Notes: a model not told the origin generated them from the sequence alone. A stretch of DNA of 64,000 bases from Octopus sinensis (GCF_006345805.1 NC_043012.1:4154001-4218000); one strand, 5' to 3'; counted from the stretch's first letter, positions 48,396 through 61,490 are shown. Numbers and translations: made by a program.

Positions 48396-49355
48396 CTATA
48401 TTTGATTTTTGTTGTTTTTGTTTTGGGTTCTGGGTAGGTGAAGATGAGTTTCCTTGCTCTGTTTCCAGTACTTGAAGATGCAGCAAAGGAGGAATCTCTG
48501 TGTTGTCATAGTTGTTCAATTTGCTAGAAATAACAGCTAACTTTTTCTCAAAACATGGACAGTGTATCTCTCACCACCACTTAACAACCAGTGTTGGTGT
48601 ATTTGCATATCTGTAACTTTGCAGTTTGGCAAAAAGACCGATAGAAGAAGTGCCAGACTTTAAACATAAACAGTACTGGAGTCGATTCATTCATGCTCCA
48701 GCATGGCCACAGCCTAATGATTGAAACAAGTAAAAAGGTAAAAAGTGATATTTAATCTCAGTATAAAACTAAGATTTGCTTTTAAACAAGGCTTTTAATA
48801 GCTTTAAAAAGGCTTAAACTGACTAGTTTTGTCATTATGACATGTCTGAATTAATTTAATCTTCCTTCCAAACTACTGAAAGACTTCTGGCTGCTGTTTC
48901 TAGCAGGCTGAGTGACCATGTGAAAATACCCTTGTTGGATTGGCCAGTGAAGCAATTGTTCTTTAGGGTGTGTATTTCTTTTTTGTTTGGTTTTACAATT
49001 CTGTATTTTCCTCATCATGAATCACTCAGCCACAAAATAGAAAGCTGTTCCTGACAAGCAATCCTATGTTCCCCTTAACAACCACAATACAGTAGTTAAT
49101 GACAAACACTGGACATGTTTATTGTTGTTGTTAATTCCACTTTTCCAAGAGAAAGTCCCTCAAAATTACCTACATTTATCTCATGACCCCTCAGGGTCTT
49201 TTTCGTTTTTCAAATCCTATATTGTGTTTTGTGAATGACAGCGTCACTGATAATAGGTTTTCAATGGGGCTGTTGTTGGTTCCTGTATTTTCTATTAGAC
49301 AAAAGTATTTCCTATAAGGAGAGCATCCGTGCAACTCTGGCAGAACAAATACTAC

Positions 49356-49396
<41 letters not shown>

Positions 49397-49715
49397 TGTA
49401 GAAAAATACAAACTGGGACAAGAACGTAAAACATTTAGAAGACACTCCAAAAATCACGGACGGGACATTCGAAGCCTCCAATCTTCAGTCAAGAACCGGA
49501 TCATCCTCGCAATTTCGGCTGATTAATCTTGAGATCGCTCCGATCCGGCCAGCCCCAAGGAAAAACTAAGCTACGAGCATTAGATTTCTTGGAAAAAGGA
49601 TTGAATGTATACGAAACAAGGACAGAAAAACCGATGATGCCACACGAATATAAATACAAAAAACAATAATAGTAATAACAGGACAAAAACAGCGGGTGTC
49701 TTACGACTAATAGAC

Positions 49716-50135
49716 AGTACTCTTTACTCTCTTTTACTCTTTTACTTGTTTCAGTCATTTGACTGTGGCCATGCTGGAGCACCACCTTTAATCGAGCAAA
49801 TCGACCCCAGGACTTATTCTTTGTAAGCCTAGTACTTATTCTATCGGTCTTTTGTCGAACCGCTAAGTTACAGGGACGTAAACACACCAGCATTGGTTGT
49901 CAAGCGATGTTGGGGGGACAAACACAAGCACACAAACATATACACACACACACATACACATATATGTATATATGCATATTTATGACGGGCTTCTTTCAGT
50001 TTCTGTCTACCGAATCCACTCACAAGGTTTTGGTTGGCCCGGGGCTATAGTAGACGACACTTGCCCAAGGTGCCATACAGTGGGACTGAACCTGGAACCA
50101 TATGGTTGGTAAGCAAGCTACTTACCACTCCTACA
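49716..50135 (-). mobile_element. SINE family A, full copy
   Basis: ctctttactcttttactcttttacttgtttcagtc...ggactgaacctggaaccatatggttggtaagcaagctacttaccac. Confidence 0.9.
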
Positions 50136-50304
50136 CCTATATATATATAATATTTGTCTGTGTGTACTTGTATATGTACATAGATGCAGCACATGGCCAG
50201 CAAACAACAAAAGAATTTTGCAAGCCCAGTACCTGGCCTATACATCCTATATATTGAAATACTTAGATTCTACAAATCCTGCAACTGAAAAACTATATAT
50301 ATAT

Positions 50305-51012
50305 ATTCTTTTATTTGTTTCAGTCATTTGACTGCAGTCGTGCTGGAGCATTGCCTTAAGCCAAACAAATCGACCCCAGGACATATTCTTTTCAAGCCTA
50401 GTACTTACTGCATTGGTCTCTTTTGCTGAACCGCTAAGTTACGGGGATGTAAACACACCAGTATCGGTTGTCAAGCGATGGTGGGGAGCAATCACAAACA
50501 TACACATACCCAAGCACACACACACACTCACACATACATATATACGACAGGCTTCTTTCAGTTTCCATCTACCAAATCCATTCACAAGGTTTTATACATT
50601 ATTTACATTCGACGGATATTTGTCCTCATCTTGTTTGTTGTTAACACATTTCAGCTGATATACCCTCCAGCCTTCATCAGGTGTCTTGGGGAAATTTTGA
50701 ACCTGGGTTCTCATTCGTAAGGTATTTTTCGATGTTGTTGTTAATATTATTATTATTATTATAAGTATTAGTATTATTCAAGTCACTGCCTGGAATCGAA
50801 CTCGGAATCTTGGTGTTAGTAGCCTGCACGCTTAACCACTACGCCATATTCCTGTAAATAATGTAAATAATTCCTCATCTCTTAAATATAGAACGGCAAG
50901 GCTTTGGTTGGCCCAAGGCTATAGTAGAAGACAGTTGCCCAAGGTACCACACAGTGGGACTGAACCTGGAGCCATGTGGTTGGTAAGCAAGCTACTTACC
51001 ACACAGCCACTC
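50305..51012 (-). mobile_element. SINE family A split by an HH-C element
   Basis: The SINE breaks at cacaagg (~50590) and resumes at caaggctttggttggccc (~50897). Confidence 0.85.
50595..50894 (-). mobile_element. HH-C element, second copy: tRNA head to tail, with an inverted 3'-end segment (50854-50894) placed 5' of the head
   Basis: Head atatggcgtagtggttaag...ggctactaac...gagttcgattccaggc ends at 50849; hammerhead core CTGATGA...GAAA at 50644-50684. Confidence 0.8.
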
Positions 51013-51069
51013 CATATATATATATATATCAATTAATAGTAGGAGTGGGAGTTATGTAATCATTTTTAT

Positions 51070-51207
51070 TCGCTGACAGCTGCTTCTGCTGTGAGAAGCA
51101 TTGCACACAGAGCTGAGTGCTTGTGCACTGTGAGGAAGCTATAAGATGTTGCACATGCACTTAGCTCTGAGTGCATTACTTCTCACAGCAGAAACAGTTG
51201 TAAGCTA
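51070..51207. repeat. Imperfect ~55-bp inverted repeat (hairpin)
   Basis: acagctgcttctgctgtgagaagcattgcacacagagctgagtgc pairs with gcacttagctctgagtgcattacttctcacagcagaaacagttgt. Confidence 0.8.
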
Positions 51208-51559
51208 ATGAAGATGATTAACTTCTCTTTTTATGTCATCCATTAACTGATATTACACTCTGTACTTGCCTAATGCTTTACTCTAAAGTATATTTGAGTT
51301 CTGTGTGTGTGTGTGTGGTGATAATTAGGGCCTCAACAGATGTCATGATAACACGATAAAGCAAGTTCCGTAGGCACAGTGGGCATATGAGAATTAAGGT
51401 CCTACAGATGTTGTGGTCGTCAGACAAGGATTCCACAGATGTAAGGAGTCCTAAAAGAATAGGTTTATGTAGAGATGTTTAATAAACCTGATGGGGCCAT
51501 CTGGACCATGTCTGTATAGACAAGATGCACATTGAACAAGTTGTTATACTGTTGCAGCT

Positions 51560-53050
51560 GTCCATGACGACGACAACGACGATGATGATGATGGTGGTGG
51601 TGGTGGTGGTGGTGGTGGTGATGATGATGGCCTTGTTGCTGTTGTTTTGTTGGTATGGGGGGTAGTATTTGTGGTGGGGGATAATGAAAGTAGTAGTTGG
51701 AGAATTTGAGGGAGAGAGAAACAGGTGTGTAGGTTCGAGGGGTTTTAGAGAGAGGTGGTCACGGTGTGAGGGTTTTCAGAAGAGGAGAGAGAGAAAGAGA
51801 GTGAGGATGTTGATAGTGGCTTTAGCCTTTGAGAAGAGAGTGGTGGTGGTAGTGGAGTGTGGTTTTGAGAGAGAGGTAGGGAGAAAGTGGTATGGAAATT
51901 TAGAGAAAGAGGGGAGGGTAGAGGGGGGAAAGAGAGAAGGAGAGGTGATGATGAATGTTAATGGGGGTGGAAATGATAGTACTTGTGAAGAACTGAGCTA
52001 AAATGCTCCAATGTTTTGTTTTACATTTATCTTTTTCTTTCAAATTCCTGCATGCTTTTTTTTTACCATTTTCTTTCTATTTTAACAAATATTTGCCAAT
52101 AAGAACAAAGAAATATTGAGCCATCTTTGCTCTGCAGGAAATGGATTCCACAGAAATCTAATCCACTTTGGAGTGATGGAAACAGTATTGGTGGTGGTGG
52201 TGGTGGTGTTGGTGGTGGTGGTGGTACATGAACTAGTAGTTTTGACAGTAATGGTGCAGGTGGTTATTAGGCAGTGGTTGTGTTAGTGGGAAAAGAGCCT
52301 GCATAAGTGGTGGATGTAGTTATGTTATTAGTGGTACTGGTGGTGGTGGCAGTAGATGTATTGGCGGCGGCAGTGGTGGTGGTGGTGGTGTCAGATGTTG
52401 TAGATGTAGTGATAATGGTAGTGGTGATGGTGGTGGAGGTGATGGTAGATGTAGTGGCAATGGTGGTGGTGATAGATATAGTGTCAGTGATGGTGGTGGT
52501 GGTGATGGTGGTGGTGATGGCAGATATAGTGGCAATGGTGGTGGTGATGGTAGATGTAGTGGCAATGGTGGTGGTGGTGGTGATCCTAGATGTGGTGGTA
52601 GGTGTATTGGTGATGATGGTGGCAGATGTGGTGGTGGTGGTAGTGGTAGTGGTATTATTGTTGAAGTAAAGGACCCTAAGAGATTGGGGTTAGCTGGAGA
52701 TATTTCTAATCTGACAGAGCCATGTGGCCCATGCCACTCTAGACCAGATGGACATTGTAAGATGTATGGATGGTGGTGGTAGCAGTATGACACCCTGCTC
52801 TGGTAATAAGGATTATGCTGATGTGAAGTGGTAGATATATTTTATAGTGGGGGTTGTAGTGGTGGTGCTGGTGATCACCAAACTAGTGACGAGGATTATG
52901 ATGGTGGTGGTGGTGATGATGATGGTGTTGGGGATGGTGGTGATGGTGGTGATAATGATATTAGGGATGATGGTGGTGGTGATAGTTGTGGTGATGGTTG
53001 TGGCGGTGGTGACGATGGTGGTGCTGGTGGTTGTTGTTGCTGTTGCTGTA
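51560..53050. repeat. Extended G-rich low-complexity region (GGT/GAT/GA repeats)
   Basis: (GGT)n, gtggtgatgg and gatgtagtggcaatggtgg repeats; the Val- and Pro-rich ORFs are compositional. Confidence 0.85.
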
Positions 53051-53619
53051 GCAATGTGCATTTGAATAGAAACAAAGGAGAAAAAGGGACCATCCTATTG
53101 GAAATAGATTTACAGTGGTTTGAATGGCTTTTACTGCTATATCTGAATTAACAGACTTAGAGACTGGAGACTGAGAACACATTTTAACACTGAGTCATGA
53201 GAGAGAGAGAAGACGAAGAAGAAGAAGGTTGTGTGTGTAGAATGAGCAGCAGAAGTGGTGGCTGTGATGTGGAATGGAATTGGAAGAGGTTACTTGTTAT
53301 AGAAAGCAAATATAATCTTCAAATACAAACCAGAAAAAAAAAATATATAACATGCAAACAAACGATACAATACAATAAAGAAACTTCAAACCTCTCTTGC
53401 ATTGCACTTTTCTGTTTGTAAATAGCAAGTAAACTGTCTTGCATAATAAACACACACACACACACACATGCACACACACTCATCATTATTGTCCTTTTAA
53501 CATCCACTTTTCCATGCTTGCATGGGTTAGATGGAAGTTGTTGAAGTAGATTTTCTACAGCTGGTTGAGAGAGAGAGAGAGAGAGGGGTGAAGAGATAGA
53601 CAAAGACATAAAGAGGTAG

Positions 53620-53650
<31 letters not shown>

Positions 53651-53746
53651 TGTGTAGGTATGTTTGTACATATATATGCATGTATATAAATACATATACA
53701 TGTGTATATATGTATGTGTGTGTATGTCTATCTATCTATCTATCTA

Positions 53747-53790
<44 letters not shown>

Positions 53791-54153
53791 GTGTGTGTGT
53801 GTGTGTATATTTATATGTACATACACACTCACATTTACAAGCACACACATATTCATCACAAACATACACACATTTACACACATACATACAAAATAGCAAG
53901 AAGTATTTAAGAGAGAAAAATAAATATAAAAAATACTTTTTAAAAAATTAATTCATGGTTTGCAGTGGGAATTGGTTAAGCTTTATACATACATACATAT
54001 ATATATAAGATTTTTGAATATTTAAGATGGTATTGAATATTTCAGAAAATATTACAGGTTTATAGACCATATGTATATGAGGGAAACCACAGTCACATGC
54101 ATGCATGCTTACACATTTACATGCATACAGATATGTTTATGTGTATGAGCATG

Positions 54154-54184
<31 letters not shown>

Positions 54185-54774
54185 GCATGTATACAGAACA
54201 AGAACCTAGGACAATTCATTGAAACACATGCACACACACTCTTGTATTTGTAGTGGCATACTTACCCATGCACTATAAACACACACACACACACAAATGA
54301 AGACGCCTCTTATTTTGTTTTAACTCCTCAAGAAGCATGCAGCTTTGTTAATAACTGATTGCCGTTCTATGTATCACAAGGGAATAACATTATGTATGTG
54401 CGTGTGTTTTTATATATTTATATATATTTGTGTGTGTGTGTGTGTATGTATGTGTAAGTATATGTATATACATATATACTCTTTTACATGTTGCAATCAT
54501 GCTAGAGCACCGCTTTTAGTCGAAGAATTCGACCCCAGGATTTATTTTTTTGTAAGCCTAGTACTTAATTTATCGGTTTCTTTTGCTGAACTGATAAGTT
54601 TTGGGGACATAAACACACCAACATTGGTTGTCAAGCGATGATGGGGGAACAAACAAAGACACAAAGACACACAAATATATATATAAATGCATGCATACAT
54701 ACATACATACGTACGAACACACATTACGAGCTTTTTTCAGTTTCCATCTACTAAATCTACTCGCTAGGCTTTGG

Positions 54775-54840
<66 letters not shown>

Positions 54841-55507
54841 TACCAAAGCCTTCCGAGTATATATACACATATATTTATATAAACATACACAACACATATA
54901 CATACATGTATGTATCTATGAAGAAATGTACACACACGGGGGACCCAGAAAGGTCACAAAAATGTAAGCCTAATGGCTTAACAAACTTTTTCCTTTTTCT
55001 TTTCATTTCCCTCTTTCTCCTATCTATATTCCTCTGATAAACTCTAAGTCATTCTGCCGATGTTTGTTAAATGGAACTAAATAAATGCAAAATTTACTTC
55101 GAAATAACAAACTGAAACAGCTGTAAATGTTCTTGAACTACAATTAAACTATGACCTTCTAATATCAATGATCAACTTCTAATTGTTAATTGTTGCTCCA
55201 TTTCTTTTCTTATCTGAATATATTAAACCATGGTTTTACCATTTAAATTACTAACTACTGTTAACCTTATAGCAAGGCCTATACATAGTGAGATAATACA
55301 CCAGTAGTGCCTATGGATATATTTATACCTTAAATGGTTACATAACCTATGATTCATAATTTCTCTATATATACATACATATACATGCAATAAGTACTAG
55401 GCTTACAAAGAATAAGTCGTAGGGTCAATTTGTTCGACTAAAGGCAGTGCTCCAGTATGGCTGCAGTCAAATGACTGAAACAAGTAAAAGAGTATGGATG
55501 TATATGC

Positions 55508-55930
55508 ACGTAAAAAGCACCCACTACACTCATGGAGTGGTTGGCGTTAGGAAGGGCATCCAGCTGTAGAAACACTGCCAGATCAGACTGGAGCCTGGTG
55601 CAGTCTCCTGGCTTCCCAGACCCCGGTCGAATCGTCCAACCCGTGCTAGCACGGAAAACGGACGTTAAACGATGATGATGATGATATATATATATAGTAA
55701 TGCGGCGAACTGGCAGAAATGTTAGCACGCCGGGCGAAATGCTTAGCAGTATTTCGTCTCTCACTACGTTCTGAGTTCAAATTCCGCCGAGGTCAACTTT
55801 GCCTTTCATCCTTTTGGGGTCGATAAATAAAGTACCAGTTACGCACTGGGGTCGATGTAATCTACTTAATCCCTTTTTCTGTCCTTGTTTGTCCCCTCTA
55901 TGTTTAGCCCCTTGTGGGCAATAAAGAAAT
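55508..55930 (+). mobile_element. Adjacent family C (55508-55685) and full SINE family B (55700-55930) copies
   Basis: ggaagggcatccagctgtag...ttaaacgatgatgatg, then gcggcgaactggcagaaatgttagcacgccgggcg...gagttcaaattccgccgagg...cccttgtgggcaataaag. Confidence 0.85.
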
Positions 55931-57414
55931 ATATATATATATAGTAATGCACACACATACACACACATGACTGAGTCTGAGTAATGCCTTTAATAGAAAT
56001 AAAGCTTTAAGTTTTAACTCAATTCTAAATAAGAATAAAAATAACAACAACAACAGCAATAATAGAGTTAAACATAAAAAAAGGGATGGTGTGGGGTGCA
56101 AAGTTTATGGATTGTGCTCCAGGATTGAAGTAGATTGCTTTCTAAAATGCCTGCTTGTTCATCCGTTTAATATTTGTTTATAGAGATAAATTGCCATGTT
56201 TGCATTTGTTTTTTTTGACTTTTTATTTTTGGTATCTTTTTTGGTGTTCTGTGTTTTCCTTTGTGTTTTGTTTTTGGTATCTTGTTATGTAATGCACCAA
56301 GATTTTTGTTGGGGCAATTATAGGGGGAACCGATGAAAAGTTTGGTGTGGGTGCACTAAAATATTCTGTACTTGTGTCTCTCTGTGTCTCTCTTATTTCA
56401 ATATACAGAAAACAAGCAAACTCTCTCTCTCTCTCTCACATACACATGCGTGCACACACACACACACACATACACTAAACAAATGGTTCATTATGTATAA
56501 TTATCTACAAATTGAAATCACTAATCACTGGGGTCATGTGTTCAAATCTCACTGTAGCTATTGTAATTTCTTCCCATCCAATCCCCTTTAAGACTTTGTC
56601 TCACTTTGGGTGGCTGAATAAAATAAAGCAGGTCCCCTTTATTCCTGTTTTACAGCTGAATGAATAGTTAGCAGGATATTCAGCTGCCAAAACACAATCT
56701 CTCTGCAACCATTATGTCTTTTGTACTCCCTTGGGGCAAAACATGCAACTCTGTTTCTTTAAGTTTGGTTCACTGAACAAAATAGATTCCATTCCCATTT
56801 CATGTTTTGGTGAGTTTATTATCAGCCATAGAAAAAAAACAAAAAAAAACAAGAAAAAAAAACAGCCAAGGCATCCTTTAAAAAATTAGATATACAAATA
56901 AATAAAAATAGGTAATTAAAAATTCTTTTAGGAATCTGGATATGTTAAAATTTACCTGAAAGAAGCTCATTCTACTCTTGTAATTAGAAAACAATAGATG
57001 GAAGGAAAAATTTTCTTTTTTTTTTTATTCTTTTTTTCTTTTTCATCTTTTTGATAAATTATTTGTATCACTTCTCTGGAGATAAGCATGGTGTGGATTT
57101 ATTTTTTACAAAGTGAGGCATTTTCAAACTTAGTCTTTGGGCATGTGTGTATATATATACATGCAGAACACATGTATGCTTGTATGTAAACATGTAGGTG
57201 TGCATATCTGTAGCCATGTGTTTACAGCAACATACATGTAGTCTGAAAGATTGTGTTATTTTCTGAAATATTCTAGAATCTATCATACTCATGTGCACAA
57301 CCTTAACCAATTCCAACAGCTTGCAGTGAATTTATTTTTAAAAAGTTGTTTCATTTTATTTGTTATGTCTGAGCCTCTCTGTGTGTGTGTGTGTGTGTAT
57401 ATATATGTGTTTAT

Positions 57415-58005
57415 GACAGGTGTTGTTGTGTGGTGAGAAGTTTACTTATTGATTACACGGTTCCGGGTTCAGTCCCACTGCATGGCACCTTGGGCAAGTG
57501 TCTCCTATTATAATCTCAGGACAACCAAAACCTTGTGAGTGGATTTGGTAGACAGAAACTGAAAGATGCTCAATGTGTGTGTATATATGAGTGTGTGTTT
57601 GTGTGTGTGTGTGTCTGTGTGTTTTCCTCCCCCCACCACTTGATAACCAGTATTGGTTTATTTACATCTCTGTAACTTAGTGGTTCGGGGGAAAAGAGAC
57701 TGATGGAATAAGTACCAGGCTTAAAAATAAGTTTCTGGTTCAATTTGTTTGACTAAACCTAAACCCTTCCAGGCAGTGCCCCAGCATGGCCACCAATTAT
57801 CATCCCAGACAGCCCACAGTCAAGTTCAGAACCAACCAGCCCAGCAAATTTTGTTCACCTCTACAGCTCCTGTCACCAGGGAGACAAAAGAAAAAAGTAT
57901 CTTTTGCAGACGTTTTGCCTTTGCTTTGGCCACTATTTGTGTTATGACCGAACCTTCGGATGTTCCTCCACTAGTTCGTCTGAAACAAGTGAAACATATA
58001 AAGGA
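57415..58005 (+). mobile_element. SINE family A whose 3' tail is interrupted by a host coding fragment
   Basis: Head to ...ggcagtgccccagcatggcca (57792), resuming at tctgaaacaagtgaaac (~57979). Confidence 0.8.
57793..57972 (+). pseudogene. PPP1R3: Fragment of a glycogen-targeting PP1 regulatory subunit (PPP1R3B/C- or Gbs-like), RVxF docking region, two 1-nt deletions
   Basis: Reconstructed PIIIPDSPQSSSEPTSPANFVHLYSS(L)SPGRQKKKVSFAD(R)FAFALATICVMTEPSDVPP. KKVSFAD..G..L..(V/I)..M(T/S)EPS.VPP is the recognisable signature of invertebrate PPP1R3 proteins (recognised from memory, not searched). Confidence 0.72.
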
Positions 58006-58266
58006 CAAGCGAATTTAATTCTTGGACAGAATCACTTAGGTTTATCTCTATAGATTTTCTATAGAGTTCAGAGCCAGCCCTAAAAGTTACAACATTCTGT
58101 ATACGAATATGCCTATGCAAACAAAGCAACTGAAGATATTAAAAATATTTACATATCAGTTGCCAGGAATGTGTTTAATATGTAAATTAGTCTAACCAAT
58201 AGTGTTTCACTACTGAACATAGTGAGTATTTAAGCTACACGTTTGTGGATAGTTGATGAGTTGGAT

Positions 58267-58310
58267 GTGGTACTGATGAAAGAGCAATAACTCTTGAAAT
58301 ATGTATATAC
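58267..58310 (+). ncRNA. Old hammerhead-like motif
   Basis: gtggta-CTGATGA-AAGAG caataa CTCTT-GAAA-TATG-TA-tatac; canonical core and 5-bp stem II, stems I and III decayed. Confidence 0.45.
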
Positions 58311-59584
58311 ACTTGCTACATATCTTTTTGATCTTCGATTGCATTGTTTAGACATATTTGTATACAAAATGTCTTAACTTACAGTGCTAGCTCTGAACTC
58401 TGTAGAAAATCTGTACACATTGCTAACACAGAAAGGGAGACACAGTATTGACTTGTAGATTTGTAACATACTTGGTAATATATTATAGCTGCAAAACAAA
58501 ATACTGTGTCCTAGCTAGCGAATAAGAATCACTTAGATCCTGTTATTTAATAACCTTTAGAAAAATATACAGGATTGCCGCAACTATTCATTCTTTTGTT
58601 TCTTTTATAGAACTGATATATTTATTACATCACATAAATAGGTTGAATTTTTTGTTTTCTTTAGTTGTTATTGTAATTGGAACTGGAGACCAAATGAAAT
58701 ATTTTGACCTAACACCACCCAAGACATTCAGTGTAACAGATGTTGTTCGGGTACTTGTTGTTGTTGTTGTTGTTGAAGCTTTCCTAGGGAGTCAGTTTGT
58801 GAGACATTCAATTGATATGTTGCTCTTGTTTTTGTTGTTGCTGTACAATTAGTCCCAGGGGGATAAAAAAAAAAATCACAGTTGCATATGAAAATATTGT
58901 GACCAAACGACCCTGACACACCCATGTGACTGTTGTTGTTGTTGCTTGCAAGGGAGTTTCTATACTGTCATGTGATCTGTTAGAAATAAGCCAATTCGCC
59001 CTTGAATCACACCCTGCCTTCTTAATAAACAGATAAGGTCACGTCAGATAATGTAAGCAGTAGTCTTAGATATAAAAAAAATTATCCTGGTTGGAGTGGA
59101 GCCCTTGACCATTCACAGTGGCCACCATCATCATCATCATCATCATCACCATCGTCAGCATCATCACCATTGTTCTTAAGTCCAACACATGCAGATACAG
59201 CTGTGTGGTTTAGAAGCTTGCTTCCCAATCATGTGGTCTCGGGTTCGGTTCCACTGTGTCACATGCTGGACAAATGTCTTCTACTATAGCTCCAGACCAG
59301 CCAAAGCTTGTAAGTGAATTTGGTAGATGGAAACTGTGTGGAAGCCTATCATATATATATATATATATATATAAATGGAACAAAAACGCAATAGAGGACA
59401 TTAAAATGTTCAGACAGATAGACAATATAAAGGCGAACAAGAGAAACAATAATTAGGACAGGCAAAAAAAGACAGGTCATTCGTGGCTTTTGTTCCTCAG
59501 TCAAGTTCCAGAAGTCACAACCATTTTGGGCATCCTGAGCCATAGGCTCCTAAGGCTTGTCTCTTATATTGTATGGTGTATGTA

Positions 59585-59705
59585 TTCACTCCCTTGGGTG
59601 GGATGCCAGCCTGTCACAGGATTACTCGCTTTTGCCATCTTGGTGAACTGGAGCAATATGAAATGAAGTTTTTGGTCCAAGAACACAATGCTCAGTCCAG
59701 GAATT
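59585..59705 (-). mobile_element. Possible V-domain-like SINE fragment
   Basis: Minus strand gtaatcctgtgacaggctggcatcccacccaaggg resembles the CCTGCGATGGACTGGCATCCC motif of V-SINE-like elements. Confidence 0.4.
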
Positions 59706-60084
59706 GAAACCATATCCATTTTCCATGCTGGCATGGGGGGGGGGTGCACAGTTTAACAGAAGCTGGTCAGCTGGAGACTGCTGCACCAAGCTCCATTTGT
59801 CTGTTTTGGCATGGTCTCTGTGGTTGGATGCCCTTCCTAATGCCAGCCACTTTACAGAGTGGACTCAGTGCTTTTCATGTGGCACCAGCACCAGTGGCAT
59901 CACCAAGTAGCAGCTGAGGGAGGGAGTGGAACCAAGAGAAGTGGCTATGTGCCAAGCAAGGGATTATAGTATGATAAAGGGTCAGAGATAGGTATCTCCC
60001 TAAGAAGAGATACTTAGCTTATGCATGTGTTGTGTGTGTGTAGAAATCCCATGAGGTTTGCAAATGAGCACCATCACCATAGGT

Positions 60085-60745
60085 ACAAGCATGGCTGTGT
60101 GGTAAGAAGCTTGCTTTCTGACCACATGGTTCCAGGTTCAGTCACATTGTGTAACACCTTGGGCAAGTCTCTTCTATTATAGCCTTGGGCTGACCAAAGC
60201 CTTGTGAGTGGATTTGGGAGACAGAAACTGAAAGAAGCCTGTCATGAAGGTATATGTATATATCATCATCATCATCATCATCGTTTAGCGTCTGCTTTCC
60301 ATGCTAGCATGGGTTGGACGGTTCAACAGGGGTCTGGGAAGCCAGAAGGCTGCTCCAGGTCCAGTCTGATCTGGCAATGTTTCTACAGCTGGATGCCCTT
60401 CCTAACGCCAACCACTCCATGAGTGTAGTGGGTGCTTTTTACGTGCCACCAGCACAGGTGCCAGACGAGGCTGGCAAACGGCCACGATCGGATGGTGCTT
60501 TTTTACGTGCCACTGGCAATGTGTGTGTGTGTTTGTATCCCCACTACCACCACTTGACAACTAATGTTGGTGTGTTTACATCTCCCATAACTTAGAAGTT
60601 TGGCAAAAGAGACTGATAGAATAAGTACCAGGTTTTAAAAAAAAAAAGGTGCTGGGGTCAATTCATTCAACTAAAAACTCTGCAGAGTGGTGCCCCAGCT
60701 TGGCCACAGTCTAATGACTGAAACCGGTGAAAGATAAAAGATAAA
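60085..60745 (+). mobile_element. SINE family A with a nested family C element (60262-60500, -) in its central microsatellite
   Basis: 5' half ends at gaaagaagcctgtc; 3' half resumes at tgtgtgtttgtatccc...tgactgaaacc. Confidence 0.85.
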
Positions 60746-61199
60746 AGCAAAGTTGTTTGTTTCCAATTTTCCTTGGGAAGCATCTAGCTGTAGAGAAATA
60801 TTACCTTGATTAGAAACAGGTGAGAGCTAGCAGTAGGTGTGTGGCTGTAGAAAATTTGCCTCGGCAAATTCTGTCCGACCCATGCAAGCATGCGGTAAAT
60901 GGATGTTAGGATGATGATGACATGACGGCCACCAACAGCAAACACTGATTGATCTTCAATATTTTCATACACCCTTGCTGGATGGTTGAGTTGTGTCTTA
61001 CGCATGGGATGGGTCCAGCTTCAATCTGGCACCAGCAGGGTGTAAGGCTGTGTTGTTGCTGCTGCTGTTGTTGTTTTGTTGTATGACATGGTATGACTAA
61101 GCAGGATTAACTTTTCCGAATCTGTTTCAGTCTTTCAGTCTCAGCAGAAGAAAATAACAAAGTCCTTTGTGCTTTGATTTGAGTTTTGCTGATAATTCA

Positions 61200-61242
<43 letters not shown>

Positions 61243-61290
61243 CACCCATGTAGATGGTTGCATAAGTACGTTTGTATAATCTTGGCTGTT

Positions 61291-61327
<37 letters not shown>

Positions 61328-61490
61328 ACGTATAAAATATTCAGTCATTGTATGTGCATTATGTTGAAGCGTATACTATCATACACATGCGTGTGTAATT
61401 ATGTAAGTTGTTCCGTGATGGAGTTTCTTGTTCATGTGTGTGTGTCTGTACATTTGTGTATGTATGTATATATTTACCCCCCCCCCCCCC

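Noticed and set aside
52307-53182. Val-, Pro-, Thr- and Gly/Asp-rich ORFs
   Set aside because: They overlap on both strands of trinucleotide low-complexity DNA and have no splice or domain support.
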